Assembly (NCBI GenBank): GCA_026770705.1
Contig: JANJGN010000047.1
Coordinates: forward strand, 3,782,001 to 3,846,000
DNA: 64,000 nt
Source: Isurus oxyrinchus
Lineage: Eukaryota
Reading direction: 5' to 3'
Both the position numbers and the translations under genes were made by a program. Under the pieces are notes generated by a model. The model was not told the DNA's origin. It was given only the letters and a program-made list of their open reading frames with translations, and searched no databases. Each line of letters starts with the position of its first letter. The first letter of the stretch is position 1. Below are positions 25,501 through 35,837 of this stretch, piece by piece.

Positions 25501-27779
25501 CTATCAGTCAGATTTCTCAATGCAAATGTTGTCAACCCTCCTGGTCATACAGCGAAACAAAGAAACAATTACATAATTTATTCTGCATCAGAAGGCGGGC
25601 TAGAATTTTTGAATATAGTATGATAAAATATTAAGCATTCTCAGAATCAATATGGCTTGAAATAATATTTATCATCAGTAAAATTACTGACTGCAATCCC
25701 CAAATATTAACTAGGTAAACTAGTTCTTTTTTCTACATAATTGGCGTGTTTAGTTTAGCTTCAATTTTCTTCATAATTAGGATGATTTGATATGAAGTTA
25801 GTGATTCGACTTCATACATTTTACATGTACAGATCCAGGAAATTATCATCTTTTCTCCTCCTCCTTCCACATTGCCGATAACTTTTATATCGAGTTGTGC
25901 TATGTTAAGGGGATCAAGGGGATTGTCATTTTCTCCATCTCCTTGCAGCGGGGCATGGAGGATTTTTTTGCTGCTTTCTCGTTCGAAGATTCAATAATTA
26001 AGTTTGTTTCACTGACAGTGAATACATTCCAGCGCTGTTATCAGATAAATATTTTATTTACCAGAAATCATTTTCATTGGCTATTTAGTTTAATTAAAAA
26101 AGATAGAGAAATAAATGTCTAAATTCTGAAACCCTGATTGTATTGGTTAATGACCATTTTCTTCACAGGGTTGAAAGGAGATTTACGTTATCCAGACTAA
26201 TTTTCACAGACCCAGTGCAGATCAAGTTCAAATTACACAAGCAGGCCTGTTCTGTTCAAATTTGGAATAGGTTGTCTCAGGGCAAGCAAAATTTGAGAGG
26301 TCTTATTTAATTTCTAGACATTTCATTGAAGACAGTTTATGGTCTGTTTTATTTTCGGTTCATTCGGCTTTTAACAGAAAAATTATTTTCTCCAATTCGA
26401 TTAACAATTTTGACGTGCATTGTGTAGCTTGCATCTGCTGAACAAAAAGTTTGACTTCATGACAATGTTCATATCAAATATAAATTTCATACAGAATCCA
26501 ACTCAAGGAAAGAGAGGGTTAGCTTATCTTGACCCCTGCGGTTCTTGTAGACAAAACAGAATGTAATTGCAAATCTTGTTAAACCCAACATGCTCGAAGC
26601 AGAGCGCCGTCATTCTTAAAATAGCATGTATCACATTCTGGGATGTAAGTTCACTCACTGACTGTAGAAACCAAGTTAATTTTGCAGTTGCTGCCAACTG
26701 AAATAACACACACATTTTTCAAAAATATATTCATCAGTGATAGTGCTGTGTGAATAATGTGAGTTGTAATGAGCGGAAAGACTATGAATCGTGTTTTCAG
26801 CTTTGGACTTCTGGGAATGCCTGTAAATTTGGCAAAAAGTTAACTTAAAACGAGATAGATCAATATTGGCTTTGAAAGTATAATTAAGGTTATAATAAGT
26901 ACCATCTGCACGCTGAAAAATGAGAAGACTGAAAGATCTCACATCTTCCCAGGAATTAACCGATGAAAATTTTTTGACTTTTTTTTACGGAGATTCTAAA
27001 ATTAAAATCAAGTTTCCTTAGACACACAATTAATGCATGTTATGTACGTGAACATGAATACTTGTCAGCCTCTTCCATATACCCAACATTTTTTTAAATA
27101 GGATCATCTTGTATTTAATGAGATATCAGGTCTCCATTCTCTATCTCGTTATACTCCATGTCACTTTGTATCAGGATTTTAAACTCATTTGTATCTAGAA
27201 TGCATGAAAACGTTATTCAGTTTTGTAAGTATTGGATAAATGGTTAGTAGTTTTCTAACGTTAGTAACTATTAATCCAACATAAATACATTGGGTGGGAA
27301 ATATATATATATATTTTAAATTTGCAATAGTAGATTGCGAGCCTCATCAGTCCTGAGCTTAATGGAGAACATAACATGAATAATTTCTTTTTTAATTCAT
27401 TTTGCTCGCAATTCTACCATGCAGTTTGTGACAGCTATTGAAATCAGGCCTCATAGCTTGGGAACTGTTTTCATCACTACCTATCGAATAATCCCTCATG
27501 AGAAAAATATATTAATTAACATTTTGTGTTAGCTGGATTTATAACCGTTATATTAGTCCTGTATTCAATGTTAACGATCTACATAATCCGTGGCCCTAAG
27601 TCTCATTCTGGGAGTTAAATTCCCGTGCAAGGAACTGCTCATCTTTTCATAATTTAGGATATGTTCCGTGACATCCTTGCCTGTATTTGTTTTTCTGTGG
27701 CTCCCGGGATCTGTAGTCATTAGATCTGCCAGCAATTGTTGCCCGGCCCCAGCTTCCCTAGATAAAACTGTTCCAAATC

Positions 27780-28260
27780 GTCTTTTTGGAGCCCAGCAAT
27801 GTCTGAGGTTCACTTAAACACATCATAATGTTAAGGAGGGAAGCCAATGCAGTGAAGGAAAATCGATATAGTTCCAAGTCAGCATTGTGACTGGCGTGGA
27901 GTTTCGGCGTGTGGGGTGTTGGGGGGAACCTTAAGTTTGTGGTACTACCATTCGCCTGCTGCTCATGTTCAGCGAGGCATTTACGCTCGCCAGTCTGGAA
28001 AGAGCTGCTGAAAGAGACTTGGCATGTTGTTGCAGTGAATCTTGTAAATGCGATAGCGACTGATATAGGAGATGCTTGGACAGCCAATCAAGGGCGTTCC
28101 TGTAATGCAGATTGTGTGGAATTCCTTGAGCATTGTTGCGACTTCCATTACTCAGACAATTACAAACTATTGCATCACACTCATGACTTATACATTCTAA
28201 CTAGGCGCAGGCTTTCGGCAGAAATATTTTAGCCTAGTCAGTTTTTCCTGGAAAGGTGAC
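27780..28260 (-). mobile_element. CR1/L2-clade LINE 3' fragment (family of 1-1170)
   Basis: cagtgaaggaaaatcgatatagttccaagtcagcattgtgactggcgtggag..ggggaaccttaagtttgtggtactacca, colinear with 12080-12420 and 30-370. Confidence 0.7.
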
Positions 28261-29429
28261 ACAAGGTTACTGGGGCAGGTTATTCAACAATGGATATGTC
28301 ACACATATTAATGGAATTCTACTGTGTTGTGATACGGTGCAAGAGTCAATCAATATGGAGCATTAAAAAAGTTGTACAGGATGTATTGGATATGTACTAG
28401 CTGGTAGTTTAAAACTAAAGGAGAAAATAAAAAGAAGGCGTTGGATTTTGGCAACATCAAAAGAGAAATTGCTGGAAAAACCCAGCAGACCCGAGAACAT
28501 CTGTGGAGAGAGTCAATATTTCGATTCTATATGGTCCTTCTTTAGGTCTGGATGAAGGTGGTTCAAGATTTCATGCAGGATAATTGAGCAGGACCAATGT
28601 GGCTGGCATTCTGTCGTTCTGCATTCTGTAATGCCCGAAGTGCGTGACTTACTTCAACTACAGGAAAGCCTCACACGCCCTTAGCAACTCTACACTGACA
28701 GCAAAGATTGCCCCCCAAATCCCCCTTCTTGTGTTAGGCTTTGACAGAACCGTGAGGTTAATCTTTCAGAATGCGGTAGCGCCAGCGAATAATGGGATCA
28801 TTTGAAGTGGGAGAAGGAAAACTGGGAATTTTGCAAGGAGGTGCAGCAATCCATCTGAGGGCTGGAATCAGTGTCAAATGTTCTACAAAACAGCAAATTT
28901 GGAATTTAGAGAGACTAGAAGGTTATTCAGGTAAAATTAAAAAAAAAAACTAACACCTTTTGGAAAAGGTTAACGCTCTGTCAATGGTGTGAAACTAACA
29001 AATCGAAAGTGACCAAGAAACCGACAGGTCACAATGTCAACAAAAATGAACAGGGGCATGAGGGCAACGTACCATCGATAGAATGTCGGAGGGGCTATAT
29101 ATAGTGAGAAGTTGATCTCTCAGATGGCGTATTCTCCAGAACTCCTGCAAAAATGTTGACATGTTAGCAAGATGAACTTGATGTTGAGGCTGCATCGGTT
29201 GTTTTATTGGCAGTGGGGAACAGGAGAAATCACAAATTCCGAGATTATTTCTTCAGAAAAATGACAGAGATTCTACCTTCCGATAACAATGGGAACTTTG
29301 GCCTTTGCGAATTTTGTTAGCATAATGTTCTTGCAACCCTTTGGTTCAAAGAAGGACAAAATAACCTCGTTGTTGCTTTTAAGAAATAACATTTCTTGCA
29401 TGTCCATTTATCTCCTCGCCCAGCGAACA

Positions 29430-29675
29430 TTAATTCTCAATAGAGATAAAAACAAAAAAACTGCAGATGCTGGAAATCCAAAACAAAAACAGCATTACCT
29501 GGAAAAACTCAGCAGGTCTGGCAGCATCGGTGGAGAAGAAAAGAAGAGAAGAAAAGATGGTTCTGTCGAAGGGTCATGAGGACTCGAAACGTCAACTCTT
29601 TTCTTCTCCGCCGATGCTGCCAGACCTGCTGAGTTTTTCCAGGTAATTCTGTTTTTGTTTTGTTAATTCTCAATA
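29430..29675. mobile_element. Short inverted Penelope-like pLTR pair with 13-bp TSD
   Basis: TSD ttaattctcaata at 29430-29442 and 29663-29675; left arm ~29480-29545 (plus tail 29448-29479) is the reverse complement of 29597-29661. Confidence 0.9.
29560..29597 (+). ncRNA. Minimal hammerhead ribozyme-like motif (best-preserved plus-strand copy)
   Basis: gtt-CTGTCGA-a-gggtc-atgag-gactc-GAAACGTC-aac; palindromic ACGT in place of helix III; predicted GUC cleavage site at 29591-29593. Confidence 0.7.
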
Positions 29676-29789
29676 TTACATTTCAGGCAAACATGGCAGC
29701 AGTCAGGAAAATCCATCAGGTGATCACTCTCAATTTTCATATTATGTGATAACTTCCTGCTCTAATCCACGTCAATTAAAATGAACCAA

Positions 29790-30495
29790 AATAAAAGATA
29801 AAAGCAAAAAAAAAACCCTGCGTATTCTGGTAATCCAAAACAAAACAAATATACCTGGAAAAACTAAATGTGTCTGAGGGCATTTGCGTAGAGGAACACA
29901 CTTAATGTTTCGAGTCCGTATAACTCTTCAACAGAACTAAGAAAAAGTAGAAAAGTGGTGAAATATAAGTTGGTTTAGAGGGGAGGGATGGGACAGGTAG
30001 AGCTGGATAGAGGACCAGAGATAGGTGGAGATAGCCAAAACATGTCACAGACAAAAGGACAAAAAGGTGTTGAAGCTGGTGATATTATCTATGGAATCTG
30101 ATAATAAAGATACAGATAGGCCTAATGGGGGTGGAGTGTGGGGATGGGATAGAAATAGACTAAAAGGCAGAGATAAAGCACTGGACAGAAATACTAATGA
30201 AAGTAATGGAAATAGGTGGGAAAATAAAAACCTATATAAATATTTGGAAAAAAGGGGGATTGGAAAGTGGTTGGGGATGGAGGACAGAGTTCAATACCTG
30301 AAATTGTTGAACTGGATATTCTGCCCAGAAGGCTGTAAAGTGCCTACTCGGAAGATGAGGTGCTCTTCCTCCAGCTTGCGTTGAGCATCACTGGAACAAT
30401 GCTGCATGCCAAAGACGGACATGTGGGCATGAGAACAGGGCGGACTGTTGAAATCGCAAGCGACAGGGAGGTCTGGGTCATGCTCGAGGACAAAC
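29790..30495 (-). mobile_element. 5'-truncated Penelope-like element (GIY-YIG C-terminus, 3' UTR, pLTR), second subfamily
   Basis: Colinear with 58430-59110; the minus strand reads HDPDLPVACDFN..SHAHMSVFGMQHCSSDAQRKLEEEHLIFRVGTLQPSG; hammerhead-like motif at 29900-29938(-). Confidence 0.85.
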
Positions 30496-31217
30496 TAAAT
30501 ACCGGAGACAATTGCAGTGTCTATTTGATCATTGATGAACTCGGTTTCCATATAGCTACCAGTGCCGAATGCAGTTTCTTCCTGAAGTTTCTTTCTGAAC
30601 ATATTAAAATCATGTTGAGAGGGAATTGGTGCCCAATGCAGAGCGAAAATGACTGGGGCACCAGAGTGGCGAATGTGAAAAACAACTGATGCTGCTGCCA
30701 ATGCAAATGGGCTGCCACCTCGCGAGTTACAACATCCTTGTCATGGAGATTGCATAATGATCCATTTCCGGGTCGGGCTGGGAGAAGGGTTAGATATCTT
30801 CCAATTTGCACTCGGGCTGGGATCTCTCACGTCCAATCAGTCAGTTAGCAATTACAGTCATGTCTCTCTGATCTCTGGGGGCTGGAACATATTGTGAATT
30901 ATGGACACGCTGTCCCTGAGGGGACATCTCTGGTGCTGTGAACTTCCCACTTATTACCTAGACGTTCACAGGGTTTATTACTATCAGAATCTTATCTTTC
31001 ACACGTATTATACTTATTCTAATTTTGAATGAGAGTCTGGGCACAGACCAATATTGCAAATTATTGAGCACTGACCGACCGAACCCGATTGCTGGGGATC
31101 TGATGTTTATTAAGTTGCAATTCTACCAGTATTATGGTGTTTTACGGAGACAGTGAAGCTAAGACGGTCGAATGTGGGCAGTAGGTGCTCAGGAAGAGTG
31201 GCGATTCACTACATGGG

Positions 31218-31346
31218 GAAGTGGCGGACTGTAACACAAACAGAATTAGCAGAAAAAACTCAGTAGGTCTGGCAGCATCGGCGGACAACAAAAGAGTTGA
31301 GGTTTCGAGTCCTCATGACCCTTCAACAGAACTGAAGTGGGGGACT
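31218..31346 (-). mobile_element. Solo Penelope pLTR fragment with hammerhead-like motif and imperfect 13-bp TSD
   Basis: gaagtggcggact (31218-31230) / gaagtgggggact (31334-31346) flank a ~100-bp pLTR; minus strand reads agtt-CTGTTGA-agggtcatgaggactc-GAAACCTC-aact (31296-31333). Confidence 0.8.
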
Positions 31347-33489
31347 CAGTTTGGTCTCAGCTGGGACATGCAAGACACCGCTGTGGTGTTTCGGGAGCTG
31401 GACTACGGGTCTGCGCACGATGCACCGGGCGGGGCTCACTGTGGGGAAGGCACGGGAAACATTCGTATGCACACTGTTCAGTGCAGAGGTTACGCGGACT
31501 CTCTGGGGGTGGGGGTGGGAGCTGTGAATGATGTGACTGGGATCACCATTCCTTGCACCCACCCATGTTGCCATAACGATCTGCTCAGGAAAAAGAAAAA
31601 TAATGTTCTGTCTCTCTTCGCCCTCCGTGTCTGACTATTTTCCCGACCGTAAAGGAGGAAAGGTTATTATGGCCAAGGGCAAAGAGGATAAATTAGAATT
31701 CGGGCCCGATGTTATAATGAGAGTTTATGCTATATTCATTTAGAATCAATGCATGTAATAAATTATTTTAAGTAATTGCGTTTATCAAAAAAAGAGCTCA
31801 CACCGTATGGCACGTGAGGCCCCTCTTTATAACGCTGCAGGCCGCTTGCTGTGAGGTGAGCCGGATTTTCCAAGCAGAGGCAGTAATTTTCGGAAAGTCC
31901 CCGACCAAAATACACTCTTCCTCTCTACTCGCCCGGGTATTTCGGGATGTTCTTAGCGTGTTCAGTGAGAGCCAATTGCGCGGCCGGTTGTCCACTTGCC
32001 CAGCTCTTACATTATTGTTTTTTTCTCCCTCTCTGTAAAAATGTCCTGGCTGGCTACCCAGGTGATTACATCAGATCACTGATACTCGCAAGTAGGACAA
32101 GGCGCCAATACTTGCAGAGGGTTCCGATGCGAATTTCTGTCCTACCTCTGGTGTCTGACAGTCCGTGTTACGGAAGATTGGAGTCGATATTTTTACAGAA
32201 TTTGATACGGGATCTGGGGAGAGAGGTTCCTCAGCACAGAGAGAGCCTGAGTCATGTGGCAGTACGGGAATAAGCTGCACCACAGGATCCCGATGTTAAC
32301 TGATCATTCCCAATCATTTCAAGATTGAATCAATATTGAAATCGTGCGATGTGCAGCAATTCAAAAAATATGTCAAGTGCTGTGCACGAGACAATTGCAC
32401 TGAATAAACTTAAGAGCGTTATATTACTCAATGAAAGGCGGAGAGTTCCCCATCCCCAACCGCAGGAAATCCTGACATATATAATTTCACCTGGTCGTCA
32501 TCAGAAAAGATTAATTACCAAATTAACAATATTGGTGGATATTGCTGTACAGAGCTGAAATTGTAAAACTGAACAAGTCTATTAAAATCAATGTCCATAG
32601 GGCTTTAGCGGAAGCTACACTTTCTAAGTTACTGCTCAATGTTGAACTATCTTCAATTGCTTCATCACTGCCCTTTCTAACGTTATATATTCAGAAATGT
32701 ACTTGTTCACTAATGATTGCTCAGTGCTCAGCTACATTACAAATTCCTCAAATTAGGAAGCAGCCCAAGTCCACACAGTGCAAATCCCGGACTACACCCA
32801 GGCCTCAAATTCTCGGGGATAAGTAAGAATTGTACCACACGGATATGTGCAAGGGGCTAACGACAAGAACACAGTGAAAGCCTCCGCTTGGCATTCAGTT
32901 TCTTCGCGATATAACAGTCCCTCGCCATCTTAAACTTGGGGAAAACCTTTGGCTAAATTCGCAATTGCAAGACTCATTTCAATGCTGTCGGCACTTGAGC
33001 AGGCCGGAGGCTGAATATGCCGTGAATTTCGATCATCACCTCGCTCTCCAGAGCTTATCAGGTCCAAATTCATTAGAGATCGTGCAAACTCCACTTGCCC
33101 TGAATTGGCGCTGCTGAAGCAACAATCGGGAGCCTTGCCACCCCCAGGCAAAGTATTGTATTTGACAGGGATTTCATTCACCGCCACCAACCTCCATTCT
33201 CTCACTCAAAGGGGCACGACGACTGCATTCTGTATTATATAGAGGGAGGACGGGATCACCAGTGCAAACATTCGTTTAACGTATCTCCAAGCCACGTCCT
33301 TTATTCCGCGAGTTCAAATTCAATGAACTATCCATCTTACAATAAATCTGGAGTCCCTGCTCCGCACGTAATGCAGCTGTTTTTAAAAACCACCAATCTT
33401 CTCAATTATACAAAGGATGTAATAATAAATACAGGCCTTGTTAGCCAAGGTTACAAATGTGGAATTGTTGGGAATATGACACATAACTA

Positions 33490-33720
33490 CACAAACTGGA
33501 GGACAAATTTACTGTCCACGTGGGCCAACTGGTCCATCTTGGTGTTAATGATCGAATCGAGCCTCTCTCCATCCCCAACCCTCACCCGATCCCACCCCAA
33601 CAACACCGCCTCGTCTGTCGCCATTAGTATAACTTGAGGATACTTTGTCCCACACCTGATCATAAATCGGCCCCTTAAATATAGCCATGTCAACCACCTG
33701 ATCTTCTGGGGTCACGAATT
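33490..33720 (+). mobile_element. Decayed L2-like LINE fragment
   Basis: atcttggtgttaatgatcgaatcgagcc..accctcacccgatcccacccc resembles the L2 NLGVIFD..LS..NIA.LRP region. Confidence 0.35.
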
Positions 33721-33949
33721 CCACTTTCAAACAACTATGCCGTAATAGCAATTTTTCTGAATACATGTTGGGATGTTTTGTGTGGTTTTTTTTAGATTTC
33801 TAGTTTGGACATAGTCCAAAGTCCCGGGTTCTCTTCATTAGTGAAACATAATAAAGCCTGGCTATTGATTGTTTCCCCTCGGCCCTCCTCGCAGAACTGT
33901 CACAATCCTTACAGATAGTGTTCAACATTTTCTGTTGTCTCTTGGAATT

Positions 33950-34060
33950 TGACGGCCCCGTTGCGGCGGGGGCGGGGCGTAAATGGCGGCGACCTATTCA
34001 AATGTCCATTGACTTCGGCGTCACAGTAAAATCCCGCTGGCGCAAGCGTCCGATGACCGA
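33950..34060. mobile_element. GC-rich MITE-like (Harbinger-type) remnant
   Basis: cggcggggcggggcgtaaatggcggc..aaatgtccattgacttcggcgtcacagtaaaatcccgctggc; a short GC island in AT-rich surroundings. Confidence 0.35.
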
Positions 34061-34779
34061 AACGTAAAAAAAACGTATCAAACTTTTCAATTCTGTCCAT
34101 CCAGTAATGAAGGCCGGTATTTTCTATCCTTTTTGTTTGGTTTTTCTTGATCTATATTTTCGATGATTTGTTTATCTCTCCGCCGAAATCCGATTCTGCA
34201 CCTAACTTATTTGCACTTTCATTTTTCAAGGAGTACATGACATCTGAATTAAGCCTAACAAAATGAATTCATTGCCCTTAATTATGGTCACACATTTTGT
34301 AAAAGCATTGCAATTACTGTTTATTCTGCCACTGTAATTACTGTTCTTCAGTACTTCGCCGCAATGTTCCTGAGTTTCAATCGTGCTTCTAATTTCACTT
34401 CATCCAGTAATTTGGAACAGTTTCTTGTGAATAATTCGGTGGGAAATTTTGTTCCTGGCACCTGTAGGTCACAACGTACTAACTTTGTGCTGGTCTGAAT
34501 ATCTACCCTCAACCCCTAATCAATACTTTCTGTTTGCTAACCAGTTTGGAATTGATTCTGCTACCTGTACCCTAACTCCATATGGGTTGTCACGGTAGTG
34601 GCTTTTTTTTTCCCTTGTACACGAGAGGATAGAAAGGCTACTGCTAAATTAAAAGAAAATGATATAACTGTGGTTCCTGGAAATCAGAAGAAAAAAAAAA
34701 CAGAACGTGCTAATAACCCTTATGAGGCTAAGGGGTTCCTGTGGAGATGTGGTGTTCACGTTTCACGCCAATAAAATTT

Positions 34780-34940
34780 TGGCATTACAGCTGCGTAAGG
34801 GATATTCAGGGGATACAGTTGTTATCGCAGAAACTTTCCTTCAGCAACAATGGTAACCATTTTGGAAGGTACCGGTCTGATAATCTGTTATCCAAAATGT
34901 TGCCTGGGTCCCGAAGTGTAAATGATGTCCTGGATTAAAA
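34780..34940 (+). mobile_element. Decayed CR1 ORF1 (esterase) fragment
   Basis: gatattcaggggatacag..aaaatgttgcctgggtcccgaagtgtaaatgatgtc, cf. GDSIVRG..CLPGARVKDV. Confidence 0.45.
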
Positions 34941-35837
34941 CTAAATTAGTTTATTGAGGTTTTTTCTATTTGTTCTCTGCTCCCCTACATTATTGAATAT
35001 AATTCAGGTCACGTAATGGAAAGTTACCGGTCAGTAATTGCCAAGGAAGGGGCGTAATGCAGTTGCTTTCTCATTGCCTCACACTGACCCGATTAAACGA
35101 GTTGAGAGGGCGGAGTGAGGATGAGAGAGAATATAGCTGCTGTTTTCCCAGTCATTTTCACGTTGCTTATTACATTAAGAGGTGGAAGTGTTTGATTATA
35201 TAATTAAGCGTCTGCAGGAATATCATCATCCTACTTTGAATCTGATGTGAACACTCTAACTACATGACCGCACTGGGCTATTTCAGTCGAGTCCGCTTGT
35301 AACCCTCTCAGGAAAGAAAGTCAGAAATGCTGCAGGAATCTTTTAAATTTAAAACTGCGGGAATTGAAGAGAACATGAAACAATCCATATACACTTCCCT
35401 CTCAAGTTTTCACGGAGAAGACGGTGTAAAATTTCTTGTGTGCCCGCTCTAAAGCTTTTTCGATGAGTTTACGTTTTCTAATGCTTTCTTCTCAGAACTG
35501 GACATGTATTCCGGTTATGTTCTCATCCAGGCTCCTTAAATATGCAGCCAAACAAGCTTCTTTATATGATAGCTGCCTAGATAAAAACAAATACAAAAAT
35601 AACAAGAGCCATTTTATTTTTCCATTGTGTGTGGCCATTACTTTCACTGATCTGTTTAGATGAAGTGTTAACATTACTTTCGAAATACCATGTTCAGAAC
35701 TTTTCAGCTGGAACATTCCCGGATTTATCATTTCATGCCTGAGGTTGCACCGTGACTTTGTTCGTCAATATGTTAGTTGCACAATCAGACATCAGATCAA
35801 ATGGTGGACGACAATTATCCGAGGACAACAGACAGGT

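Noticed and set aside
27571-27813. ORF with LADLM..RATDY resembling GPCR TM2-TM3
   Set aside because: Intervening residues are hydrophilic and no DRF follows; likely chance.
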